Of a DNA stretch of 64,000 bases, positions 24,540 to 37,856 are shown piece by piece. How positions within the stretch are numbered: position 1 is the stretch's first letter; each line of letters begins with the position of its first letter. The stretch comes from Antedon mediterranea. Taxonomy: Eukaryota > Animalia > Echinodermata. The notes below the pieces were generated by a model. It worked only from the letters and a program-made list of their open reading frames with translations. It had not been told where the DNA came from and did not search any database. The position numbers and the translations under genes were made by a program. Location: the NCBI RefSeq assembly GCF_964355755.1, contig NC_092676.1, positions 16,696,871 to 16,760,870 on the forward strand, written 5' to 3'.

Positions 24540-24856
24540 AACCTGATTACCGGTTAACCTGATTACCGGTTAACATTACACTTAGATAGTTACAATCAAT
24601 AAATATATCAAACTATAAGATATGAATCTGTAGAATATCGCTGGTTTTGATTAATCTATATAAAAAAAAAGGCCTAAGTGCATTCATCTCTACAAACAGA
24701 TATTAAATAAATCGAGATTCATATGCACAAATCGATGGCCCTCCAATCTTCACAGCCCAACCCACACTCGATCAGTATATCATATTATTTCTAAACATTC
24801 TATAGCACTATGTAAATTACATTGGAGCCTGTGATGTACTTGAAGGTCTTACTTAC

Positions 24857-24901
24857 CCTATCGAGCTGTGTATGCAAGTGAAGACTTTCAACGATATTAT
24901 G
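24857..24901 (-). CDS. Possible further upstream NXPE exon (45 nt, phase 0-0)
   Basis: Strong AGG|GTAAGT donor and open frame HNIVESLHLHTQLDR, but the acceptor lacks a pyrimidine tract. Confidence 0.25.
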
Positions 24902-26179
24902 CTGTTTTTAAGTTTGTAGTATTCTTTAATTCAATTTGCTAACCACAACAATTGTTCTTTCCTCTGAATTAAGTACAGTGTTTTGTCTTATGACTACCGA
25001 TGTTGGCTTTTGCTCTTAATAAAAAAACCCCGATATAATCCTTTAAGAATATGCTGGGATTAGACATATGTTTTAAAGGCAAATGCTATTGACAAACAAA
25101 TGTATTTATGATCCTTGGCGTATTATTCCATAAGTTAAACACGTTATAACAGTCTATTTAAGCAAGGAACAATTTCCTTGATATTTTAGTTGGATTCAAT
25201 TGGCACCTAAGGCAATTTTTTAAATTAGCTCTAATAAATCACTAATAAAGATAATAATAATGATGATGACAACATTAGTAAAGTGTAAACTTATGTAAAC
25301 TCTAAATAGTAAAGCTAATTGTCCTACAGTCTAATAAATTCTTCAGACGCCATCAAATATGATTGGTATTTTGTCAAGGTTAAACGATTGAAATATACCA
25401 CTTTACGTTTTATTGTTATTTTCATTTCTGTGTCTTATTTATATGTTTTGTTTGCTTTTGATTGTTTTGTTTGGGCGTCCCTAACACAAGCTTTGCTTTT
25501 TTGGCGACGCCACCATTTTGGAAATAAATGTTGATTTTGATTGATGGATTGATTATCATTGTCCCTAAAACATATGATAAATGAATTCAGACCGTAACAA
25601 AACCAAATAAACGGTTAAATTTAAATCCATTGTCTGACGGACAATTTTACTATCTTTTTTTATTTTTCAGACTATTTTTTTTCCAGTAAATTCAAAAGGT
25701 GAGTTTGTAACTAAACAAATATTAAAAACTGAAGAAAAGTTGAATGTTCAAAGACACCGAATTCGAATTAAGCAAGTTGCTAAAGACGTTTATGATAGCA
25801 ATAAAGATGATTTCATTCTAGGATGTGTTTGTTAAGTACCGTACTGCTTGAATCTCTATTTAAATAACATTGCGGAAACTTGAATGAATATGGTTAACAA
25901 TTTTCCCCAGTGATTTGTCACGACCTACAAAAGGACCTCGATTGGAACGTGAAAATAGATGCTGCAGATTTTGTTCCAATATTGAAAAAAACCCAAATCA
26001 TCTAATAAATATGTGTAACTCTTTGACGAAATTATTAGATAAACAACAATGTACTCACAGTAATTAGGAAAAGTTGCTTTGGGACAACAGCACTGGCCTA
26101 TTTGACAATACTATCAGAATATTTTCATACAATTGAATTATACCAACAAGCTACGCAATCATATCGGTTCTAATTTTGC

Positions 26180-26670
26180 TACCCGATATGCATCAGCCTA
26201 CCCATTTTACGTTTATATCGATATTTGTTGTGATACATAATATTTTATAAAGGATAGCACAGCTTAAGGTGCATACTATGACATTAATGGTTAGCCCATT
26301 TAATATCAGCATTCAGTTGTGCTACCCAATATGTTATAATGGGCAGCACAGCCTAATGTGCATACTATAGCTATCGGCTAGCCATTAAAATAATGGATAG
26401 ACATTGGTTTTTAACTTTTTAGCTGTGCTACCAAATATTTTTAATTGGGTAGCAAGCTTAATGTGCATACTAAAGCATTATAATGGGTAGCCCATTTATA
26501 TCGGTATTTAGTTGTTCCACTCAATATTTTATAATAGGTAGCACATCCTAATGTGCGTACTACATAGCATTAGGCTACCCATTTCAAGAATCTGTATTTA
26601 GCTGTGGTACCAAATATTTAATGATGAGTAGCACAGTTTAATGGGCACACTATAACATCAACCTACTCTT
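26180..26670. repeat. Diverged tandem repeat, about 5 units of ~90-105 bp, each with an internal palindrome
   Basis: Recurrent GCTGTGCTACCCAATAT..ATAATGGGTAGCACAGC-TTAATGTGCATACTA. Confidence 0.75.
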
Positions 26671-28399
26671 TTTACTACTGTAGCACATTGATACACAAAT
26701 GGCAAATTAGGACTTTTTATATATAGGTAAAATTTTGATATCACCTTTTTTATCGTAATAAAAAAAATATTTGTTTTCTCCACAGAGAAAAATTTGGACA
26801 AAAAGAAGAGCGACGCAAAACGATTCTCTATTTTGAGGATGCTCATAATGTGTCTGAAACAATTTATGAGCTTCGGAAATTAGTACCTTGGTTGTTTGCT
26901 TTTCGTTAAAAACAGTTCGAGATCTTAAAGCTAGATGCAAAATACAATTCAAGAAGGTATGGAAGCCAAGAAAAACTGCTGGAAACTTTAAAAATTATAT
27001 ATGACTTTCTAGAAAATGTGGATGCGCTAAAATGTTGACGAATATACGTGGGCGGACGACGGCCAACAACTGTCTTGTCACTATCTAACATCAATGGTGA
27101 TGACCGATTCAATCTTGAAGGCTACATGATTTCAGAAGGAAAATGTATCTTTATTAAGTGGATAAGATATCAGGAAAGAAAAGGAAATTCGGTATTTTTG
27201 TTTTGTGACTAAAAATGCCCATGATGCAATTGTTGAAAGTAAAGTTGATCCTCTAACACAGGACAGATTTAACATTTATATGTCGTGCACACTAAATCAG
27301 AGAATGTAAAGTTTTACCAAACAATTTTTGGTCAACATTTAAGAAAAAGCTTGAACGGTTTCATCCATAAAAGTTATTAGATATCAAACTTAAAAATATG
27401 GAGATTTGTGTAGACCATGCGGTTACACAACTAGAGAAGTTGTCAAGGAACTTCATCAGTAAGACAATTACAGTTTTAACGTTTATTAAAATAGACTTAT
27501 TGTAAAAGTTTTAGTGAAAGGAAATGTATAATAGGACTATTGCAAGCACATTCAATGTTACGTAGGCTGGAAGCAAATGTAAGAGCCCGAATATATAAAA
27601 ATACCACACGAGGATCAGATGAGGTAAATGCAAGGAGGATCCGATACAAAAGATTTTGCAATGGCAGCGGAGGACACAGGTGCATGAAGTTTCTAAATGT
27701 TTTACAATTATACAAGAACATTTTGAAACTTTAGTAGAACAATGTATAGACAATGCACAAAATGATGGCATTGCAGATACATTTGAAGCCAACGTTGAAT
27801 AATGGGTTGGTAAATCTAAACCTATGTGACGGACATTCATCGGAAAAAGCTATACGTAAACAATAATAAGATGCCTCATAGCTGGAAGACTATGGTTCTC
27901 GCGGGGACATTTTACAAGTCCTGAAAAAAAAATCTACTTTAAGGGTTATTGCAAGATTTGATGAGACCCTTTGTTCGATCACATAGTCGGCATTTACTCA
28001 AGAGTATACACCGCAACACAATTTTCTTCTTGTCACGAATCCAAAAAAGTGTGATAGGGAACCAAATATAGTACCATCGTTACTTGCCGAAGCTGCATGC
28101 CGTGACGTAACGATAGTAAGTGACACTTCTAAGGGACCTTCACAACATTGAAAACAGAACTTATATCCTCGACACATCAAATTTACAAGGGAAATGAATG
28201 TGCAAAATGTACCAACAGATACTAAACTCAGTCAGTACAAAAGGTACGGTAACTAAATCCGATAGGTCCACCATGAAGATTTTACAACAACAATCTAAAC
28301 TTATTTATTAGGTCTAAAGTGTGGTTCCTAATAGGAACAATGGAATTGACCAGTGACAAAAACGTCACATTTAAGATAATCAACTGTAGCCTACTTAAA

Positions 28400-28800
28400 T
28401 ATTGTGAAATTCCGCTATCCAATTTGGTTTTTAAATTAGAATTTCTAGAATTTCAAGTAACACATTCGAATTTATAAATTTGTATCTTTTATTTTTTTTA
28501 TACCGGATCTTATTTCCTTATATCCGTTCCTAATCCTAAGAACATAATTGTTATTTTCTCACTTTTCAAACCATTCCATTCTCGATCTTATCTTAGCTCC
28601 ATCTGCTTAAGGTGTAAACTCTTTTATGATTTAATTTTTTCTCTATTTTCCCGTCGTACAGTGGATAAGTTCCTTAGCCTCTTTAATTAATTTGATTTCA
28701 TCTATTTTTCTTTCTTGCACAATATTTACAATCGTTTAGTTTTACTTTTAGATATTCTCATTGCAAATCTAGAGTTAAATTGTGTTGATTTTGTGTATCT
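28400..28800 (-). mobile_element. L1/Tx1 ORF2 remnant
   Basis: Minus strand ADGAKIRSRMEWFEK*ENNN, homologous to EAQGAKIRSRIEWFEKGEKNNK at 30700 (+). Confidence 0.65.
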
Positions 28801-29833
28801 TAAATCATTGAGTATATACGTTAATCATACACATCATCTTTCAAAATATTGATATTTAATTTCCATATTACTGGTCCTCTGTTTAAGTTGGTTGGTGATA
28901 ATTGTATTGCCTGGTGAACGGATAAAATTGATGGTCAGCTCAATTATTCGACAGATGAGGCCGGGTTCAAAAACAGTATAGTGCGGGCTATTATGTCTTC
29001 CAGCTCGATATTTGTGCCAAAATAGATTTTTTTAGCTAACTTTGTTATTCTTGAGATGCTGAATCCAAAAAAGTTAGGTGCCATTTTTTTGACCACTCCT
29101 CCAGCCGCCATTTTGTATTTTAAAATGGCCGACGTTCCACACTAAAGTTGATCATTCATGGTATCATTGGAAAGGGAATGTATTACTGATTATGTCATTC
29201 CATTACACCCATATCAATAAACGCATAGTTACATAGTAATTGCGTAATAAAACAAATCACGTGACCAATAAAGGTCAAAATGCAATTTCATCAAAATACT
29301 GTACTGTTTGGTATCATTGGATAGATTTTTTTATTCTGAATACAGTAGTTTTACTAATATCTATTCTATTTTCCTTTGTTTATTGTCATAATTTTCCAAT
29401 TATGTAAATAAATTGTTTTTAAATGTACAATGAAAATAAATACGTTTTTTTTTATTGGTTTTATAATTTATTCAAATGTTTGTTTGATTTTCTTTCTACT
29501 TTGTCATTGTCCATTTATATGTTTTATATTATATATTATCTTAATACTGAATAAGTACCGTACAGTACTGGATTACACTTAACTTCAATGTCAAGTTTCC
29601 GAGTTATTTAATTTAAAATCATAATAACTAGTCCGTGAACAAAGGTGAAATAAACTATTGTCAAATCACATCTTTGTTTTGTTTCGTTGGATAACTTTTT
29701 AAATTCTAAATCTATTTTATTTTTAGTAGTTTACATTTCTATTTTTCGTTAAAAAAAAATGCCACGGGTCATGGTATCATTTGTGTAGCGTTCAAAATCA
29801 TTTATTAAGCTTTAATTGTTTTAGATGAAATAT

Positions 29834-30120
29834 TTACCTTACCTTGATTTACCTTGACCTTTAGACTATAAACCTGTTAAGGTTTGTGAGTCCCTCTTTG
29901 AACATCTTGGTTATATGGCTCAAACTTTAGGTTGTGGGTTTTCCAGTGTGTTTCAAGATGGGTTTTAAAATTATTTATAGAGGATGCATTTACTATATGA
30001 TATGGCAAACTATTCCAATCATTTACTGCAGATATGGAAAAGAATTTCTGTCTGTGTTTCGATTTACTATGAACTTTTTTAATTTTAAAATTGTGGCCTC
30101 TAGTTACAGTAGATAACATT
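29834..30120 (-). mobile_element. CR1-clade LINE, 5'-truncated 3' end
   Basis: TRGHNFKI..RQKFFS..VNDWNSLPYHIVNASSINNFKTHL, then a (CAAGGT/AAGGT)n-like tail at 29834-29860. Confidence 0.85.
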
Positions 30121-30124
30121 ATCT

Positions 30125-32620
30125 CAGAAACATTATGAACATAACGTAATAGAGACAAAGAACGTCCACAGATTTTGCAGAATTGTAAGATTTTGATTAT
30201 ACGATGTAGTGACAGAGAAAGACCCGTAAAGAAAACCTGTTTAGATAGATACTTACAGAAGGTTAGACTTTTGGAGTATTCCAAGTGCACTATACATGAA
30301 TGATGATATAATTTCAACAGACATTCGGCCATCAATTCTTTCAGACCATCAAGCGATATCACTTAAGCTGTTTGATAATCAACACAGAAAAGTGCCTGGA
30401 ATATGGAAAATAAATAATAGTATATTTTCTGAGGAAGTATATTCCTCGACCATTAAAAACATTATTTAAAAAGAAAAAAAAATGAATATAACCTCAACCC
30501 TATCCAAGTATGAGAATTGTTGAAAGTAAAAATAAAAGAATATACTATTAAATATTCTGTTATAAAGAAAAAAGAAGGAAAAAAAAAAAGAAATTAATTC
30601 AAGAAATCAAAGAACTTTACATTAGACAAGACATATGACATAAAGATAGAAAGCACATTAAAAAGCAAATCAAAGGACTTGGAAAATATGTATCTAATAG
30701 AAGCACAAGGCGCCAAAATTCGATCTAGGATTGAATGGTTTGAGAAAGGAGAAAAAAATAATAAATTTTTCCTAGGATTAGAAAAAAATAACGCAAAAAG
30801 GAAACATGTTACAAAATTATTAAAAAATAATGGAAAATACACATCAAATGAAGATGAAATATTAAAAGAACAAGTAAGCTTTTATGAAAAGTTGTATGCA
30901 TGTAAAACAATTCCACAGGGTAGAAACACTAAAATAAATACATTTTCTTATGACAACTCTGTGAAATGTGAAGGATTAATATCATCAGTAGAAGAACTTA
31001 CAAATGCTATAGAAAAAATGAAACTCAACAAAAGTCCAGGTTCGGATGGTTTGAGTGTTGAATTTTATAGACATGTTTGGGTTGATATTAAAGATATGTT
31101 ATGTGACGCTTTGAATCACTGCTATATTAGCAAAAGATTAGGCGGCTCACAAAGACTAGGTATTATAAATCTATTGTTGAAAGGCGGACAAAGAGAAAAA
31201 CTAGAAACTGGAGGCCTATAACACTACTGAATGTAGATTATAAAGTAATGGCTCATGTTCTCTCCAATAGAATGCAAAGTGTAATTGGATCTATAATTGG
31301 ATATGATCAGAAAATGTCAAAGGGAGATTTGGAGGATAGAATATTAGGTTAGTAGAAGATGTATTGTCATATACAGAAAATAACAATCAGCCAGGTGCAA
31401 TAGTTTTTCTAGACTTTTCCAAGGCGTTTGATTCTATAGATAGAAATTTAATGTTTATATGTCTGAAAAAATATGGTTTTGGACAGTCATTAATTAACTG
31501 GATAAAAACTATATACTGTATACAGATACGCAATGCCTTGTAACCCACAATGGTTGGATATCTGAAAGATTCAATATGAGATGTGGTGTAAGACAGGGCT
31601 TTCCTTTGTCTGCTTATAATAGCAACTAATATAAGAAACTTTAACAGCTTTAAAGTTAAACAATATTGTATATTGTTTAGAGCCGCAAAATTTACAAGAA
31701 ATTAAGTCACAACACTTATGGAAAAACAAATTTATAACATCAATTGAGGGAAAATCTCTATATTTCAACACCTGGTTAAACTCTGGATACAAAAGAGTAA
31801 ATTATATAGTCGTTAATAACAGGTTATTGACTGCAGCAGAAATTATTCCAACTCTGTCGAATAAACAGAATGGATTAATTGAATACTTTGCAACAATAAA
31901 TGCAATACCTGATATATGGAAAGAACAAATAAGGTTGGAAAATGCACGCATAGATATACAATTAAGAGAACATAATATATTTCATAATAGGATAAGATCG
32001 TCTTACGATTATAAGCAGTTTATAAATGGTATATGTATTATTCCAAATCCACAAATGAAATTGGGAAATAGAATTTATAGATGAAATTATTGACCGGAAT
32101 GAAATATGGAATAGAAAAGTATGTAGAATGAAACACATGGTAAAAGTAGCTCAATTTAATTTTAAGTTGTTACATCAAATCCTTATATGTAAAAAAAGAC
32201 TAAAAAGATGGAAATTATCCACAACAGAAAAATGTAATAAGTGTAAGAATCATATAGAAAATGAAAAACACTTATTAATTGCATGTAAAACTATTCAACT
32301 GGTCTGGAAAAAGTTTAAAGATATGCTGGTTCAGTGTCTTCCAAATGAGGTTACAGTACAGCAAGACTTCCCAAAGTGGGTTAGTGTAATTTTGGGAACA
32401 ACAAACAAACTTGTAAACGAATTAATTTCAGTTTTTACTTTTTGTATATATAAATCCTCCATAATATTATAAAGAACTAGAAACGACAGAAAAAAAAAAG
32501 AATCTGCAAATATTTGGGGGCTATTTAAACCTCAATTATAAACCTCATAAATAATGAGTATTGATCAGAAATGGAAAAATAGTAAAGACAGGATATTTGA
32601 CCTATTGAATTATTAAAATA
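30125..32620 (+). mobile_element. L1/Tx1 ORF2 pseudogene with an internal deletion of the RT core
   Basis: PGIWKINN, GAKIRSRIEWFEKGEK, KSPGSDGLSVEFY, WRPITLLNVDYK, FLDFSKAFDSI, GVRQGFPLS, then a jump to the C-terminal region ending FNFKLLHQIL..CNKC..ENEKHLLIAC; many frameshifts. Confidence 0.9.
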
Positions 32621-33504
32621 TATATGTGCTGGAGATCTCTATCCCTACGTTTTACAATTGTATTTTATATTAGTGTGACATATGCTGTATAAGTTTTAAT
32701 ATAAATGTGTAGCCATTTTTTATTTCAAGTGATTTTAAATGTAACCCATGATTATGTTTTTAGACAATTTTAATAACTTATATGAAATCTGTAATTATTG
32801 GTATTTATTTTTTAATATTAGGCCTATATATATTTTTCTATATTTGCAATATTTATATTGTATACATGTCAATGTTATCTGCATGTATTTGTATTTCTCC
32901 AATATATATTTTTCTATATTTGCAATATTTTATATCGTAAATACAAATTGTAAGTAGTAGTTGTACCAAGGTGACATCGGGTATGAAGCGTCTCACATAC
33001 GCACAGATCCAAAATCGCATATTGGACTTGCACAGTGTAAGGACTCTAACCTTATGGTTTTCATTAAATATATCATTGCATGCTATCATTCTAAATATCT
33101 AACTTTCAAACTTTTGCATTTCTCTTTTTTCATTTCATCCTTTTTATCTTGGTGAAAAGGGAGGATACTACATTTTCCTCCCCTGGGGGTATAGCCTCTC
33201 TACTCGAACACAAATAAGATCACAAATAAGATAGTTTAACAAGAAAATTTTAATCATGTATTTTACCGCCATTTTTTATTTTTATATTTTAATTAACATC
33301 GTATCTAAAATTTTAATGAAAACAAATATGGTTAATACTGAATTCAAGCATCTTATTATGTAAATATACATGTATTTTGACTACTTTAAACACTTACATT
33401 TATTTGTCACATATGTACTTATATGTATATAATATATTCACCAATGAGAATTTAAATAAACGTGAGATGAACTCACACAAGACAAAAAAAAAAGAAAACC
33501 TATT

Positions 33505-34045
33505 TATGACGTTTTTAAAACGTTAATATTAAAAGTTATTTAACACAAAAACGTTATAATATCTAAACAAAGACGTTTTTATTATGTTTCTAAAACGTAA
33601 CAATTAATCGTTTTTTAAACGTTTTCAAAACTCCATAAACGCGTTTGTGAAAAGTTATATTAAATCATAATAAATACGTTTTAAATAACGTTTTATTGGA
33701 ACAATATTGCGTTACTTATACGTTTAAAAATCGTTTTTAAAACCTTTCCATAAAACGGTTTTTAACGTTCGCAAACTTGACAAATCCATGTTATTAAAAC
33801 GTATAATTATAACTTTCTCAAAACCAAACAAATACTTTTTGTGACGTTTATTTAACGTTGTATTTTCGTAACAATATAACGTTATTTACGGTATACGTTT
33901 AAAAATCGTTTTTACGCTACGAAAATACGTTATTATAACGCTTGCAAATCTCCACAAATTCACGTTTTTAAACGTATTAAAACATGTTCAAAACCAACCG
34001 GATACCTTTCTATATCGTTTTTTCAACATAAAATTGTTAGCTGGG
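33505..34045. mobile_element. One end of a CACTA/EnSpm-like element with AAAACGTT-type subterminal repeats
   Basis: Dense direct and inverted AAACGT(T) motifs ending in TTGTTAGCTGGG; the other end was not found. Confidence 0.45.
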
Positions 34046-34838
34046 GGTTGTCAAGATCACCTATTACAAATTAAAACCTAAAGAACAAAAGTCATTATGA
34101 TTATTTGTCCCACAAAAACATTAAAATGAAGATTAATAAAATCAGATTTTTAATAATTGTGCAGTTTTAATAAAGTTATTCATTTCTGTAAAAAAAACCC
34201 AAATAAATAATTATTTAACTTATAAAATGACAAACGAAACGGTTAATTTTAACCAGAAACACCAAATTGTCTGTATTTTTGCTTTAAATTACATTTTGTT
34301 TCAGGTAGACCTAAATAAATTTTTTTTTCGATCCAGTTTTTGGACTAAGTGAATAACTATATTACGTGAAATTAAAATGGAATATTCAACAAAATATGTG
34401 GAAAAAATATGGTGAAAATTATATCTTGCAGGTAGGCCTAATTGGTTTTATTCAGTTACGCTAAGCATGGCTCCGGCACCGTATGCAGCAAAATAGTATA
34501 GTAACTATTTCAAGATGACGATTTGATGACATGGAAGTTAAAATTCAGTTTTTGTGAAAACTAAACATTTAAAAATATTATTAATGGTCTTTCCTCCCCC
34601 AGGAGTTTCATTTATTTGACTCAGTCTTTCATGAACCAAACGCTAACACAGAAGTCAACATACGTGCCACACAGCGGCTGTACACATCGATACTACCAGC
34701 TACCTTATTTTTGACCTTCAACAACAATAAAAAGTAAAGTCAACAGAGAGGAGACGGAAAAGGGAAAAAGGGCCATCAAGAGTGACATTAACTAGTGTTT
34801 TTAGACTCAATATAAATCAATCAATATAAAATAAACCA

Positions 34839-34855
34839 ATGATGGACTGGATATG
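34839..34855 (+). CDS. MOB2: MOB kinase activator 2, coding exon 1
   Basis: ATG ATG GAC TGG ATA TG|GTAAGT = MMDWIW, like the vertebrate MOB2 N-terminus MDWLMG; the phase-2 donor matches the exon 2 acceptor. Confidence 0.75.
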
Positions 34856-35192
34856 GTAAGTAATGCCCCAATATACTTTGCTTAACCCACCGTTTGACCA
34901 ACTTCGAGTTATGCCTAGCCCGGCCGCCTACGTACCTCTAGCCTAGTAGGCTAACTAAACTAGGCTAGGCCTAGGCTAGCTAGCCTAGGGTAGAGGCCTA
35001 CGCCTAGTAGGTAGGCCGTAGGCCTAGTAATACTAGGCCTAGGCTAGGCATAGACTGCTAGTCCTACTTCGTACAGCCTGGCTGCCCTGACGTTTGAATA
35101 GGCCTTCTCTTGATGAACCCCGGCATAAACTTTGATTGACTGAGGTGAAGTCTAGGCCGGGCCTAGCTGGCAGTATGGTATGATTCTGCTGA

Positions 35193-35990
35193 GCCATATG
35201 ACCGGTTGGGCCGCCGACAAGTTGAGCCGCCGGTAATTTCTATGAAACGGCCAGTGCGTCTTTTACGACATTTCGCGTAGTGATTAGAGTGTTTGTCCTA
35301 GTACATAAGTTCATGGTCTTTAAGTTTATTTATTGTGTCATGAAAATAAATAATATATAATTACATACTACAATTTTGTTGGCTTGAACCGCAATAACAA
35401 CACAGCAAAGGAAAGTACAGTAGTCATATTTAATAAATTAATTGTTTTAATCTTTCAAGGTAAAAATGTGTAGCGTGTAGGCCTACCACGTAAAACTCGC
35501 GTTGTCTCTCACTCAGGACTAATAGAGTAATGATATTCTTCGAATGAGGTTAAATAATTATTATTTTTTATCTATCGGTACTATCTTTTAATAAAATAAT
35601 ATCATATTTTATTGAATTTTACAATGTTAATACACAAAATATTTAACTAAAAAATGGTGATTTTATGTAATTATTTTACCGAAAAATGGAGTAGGCTAGT
35701 TCATACAACTGCCGCCTGAGGGGGCAACATGTTTACGACATTTTTGGCTAAAAACGATCATTTTCGGTGATGTTTTAGGCCTTATATTTTGGAATCTACA
35801 AGTCAGATTTTCATAATTATTTCTTTAATTGTAATATTTAATAATATATACTAAAAACCGTGATATATAAACTTTTGAATATACATCGTTATCCCTAATA
35901 TTAAATAGAAACGAGCACCGGCGAAAGTTAGCATTTGGCGTTTCATAGAAAATAACGTTTTTTTGGCGGCGGCTCAACTTGTCCTAATCC
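35193..35990. mobile_element. MULE-like non-autonomous TIR element in MOB2 intron 1
   Basis: Inverted GACAAGTTGAGCCGCCG and TTTCTATGAAACG blocks; direct repeat TCTGCTGA at 35185-35192 and 35991-35998. Confidence 0.7.
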
Positions 35991-37856
35991 TCTGCTGATA
36001 CCTCCTACACAATTCATGACAGTTTACATATTTTCTTTAAGGTCATAATGGCAGAATCTTTTTCTGTGTGAGCATTTTTTTACATACATGTTTGTCGCAA
36101 ATTAAAATATAGTTTTACTTTTAAATACTAATTAATTAAAATGGAGTGGCTAGTAGAAGAGCGAGGATAATCATGTCACATGGTTTTGCTTCTGGTTTGA
36201 CTTTTTGTTAGGCCACTTTTCATCTCATTAATGATTGAAATTGTCTTAAGGGAATTACTCAAAATTGTTAATAATTTAATAGTCAACTAGCTTTGACTGT
36301 GTTTACATGTGTTGTATGCAGTGCGCACAGTAACACCGACAGCACATGTTTGGACAAGAAAACAGTATTATTCACGTAATCAAACTGGTTGATAGCAGTT
36401 TGAGCATTGAATAAATAATGAAAAACAATATTAGTACTGGACCTTTATAGACCTACTGAACTAATTTAATTTCAAAAAAACAATTTTATTTTATTGCTTT
36501 TCATAACTTCACTAAGTAATGCTCCCACATCGCACCAGCATGTACCCCACGAGCTACTAAAAGTAAATTTGCATTTAATGTTAAAATTTGGTAAAACAAG
36601 ATTGACTGTAAAAAAATTACATTAAATTTTATATTACTCAAAATAATTCCTTGCCTAATGCTATAAAAAGTTCCAGTATGGAGGAATTTATTAATTGACA
36701 GGGATATCTTTTTTTGTCTATCTCTATCCTAATAGTCTTGGCTGCACAGTCAAAATATTTTAACCAAGATAACATTTCAGACATGTACAGTAGTTCTGCC
36801 TTAAAGGTCGCATGTTTCGCCCTCCACCCAAACCTACAGTAGGAAGAACACTGAACTACTAGTCCTACAGTATTAATTTATTATTTTAAATAAATAAATT
36901 TTTTTTTTATTTTTAAGACACACTTGTATGTTTAAACTACAATGTCTTACATAAATATTAGCATTAAATCCCGCTATGTTTCCAAAATACCAAAAAGTTT
37001 CCACTGAAAAATATTGTCAGCACACTCTTCTCTGCAATACGATCATTAATAATATTTTATTTCGAAATTTAAAAGAAATTATAATTATTAGGAGTTTAAA
37101 TAATATTAATAATAACTAATTAATTAATTCACAATACCAAAAGTCATTAAAAGAATTCTCAGAAAAAATGTGAATTGCTTACTGTACTAAGTCTCCTGGT
37201 AGGAGTTTCTAATTGTGGAAAATCCTGTCTTTATCTTTGTTTCTGTATTTTTGATGTTTTTCAAAATAAGTTCAAATCGAATTTCATGCTGTGGGTGCAA
37301 ATTTCTCTGATTGTTTTTTAATAGAGAGAAATGGCGAACCCCGATGACGTCACTCAAATTTCACCGAGTGGGTATAGATTGTAAACAAACCATTTCGCCA
37401 CATGTTTTTGTATGGGAAATTCCGATGGGTTGAGTTAAAAAAGTAGGTAGAAAAGAACGTTTAAAACACACATAATAGCAGTATCTTTTTTTTTTGCAAC
37501 CCCTTAACAATTTTAATGTTATATGGACAAATCTTAACATATTTTATTTTAATTTGGATTGAATTGAATTAAGACGCGTTTTTGTTATATACAGTACCCA
37601 GCTACTAGGCCCTAGATAGTTGGCCTGTATATGCTGTAGTACCTCGAGTACTCGAGCCTAGCACGGATCAGGGATTATCGGTTATTATAATAATAATAAT
37701 AATCATAATAATAATAATAATATTGGAAATTCGTTATTGCATACTGTACTACTACTACTACTTTAGCTAGGGTGCTGCTAAGCCTCTCCTACAGTAGCTA
37801 GGTAGTAAGACTAAATAGAGCATCTCTAGTAGTAGATGTAGGCCTAGCATTAGTTT

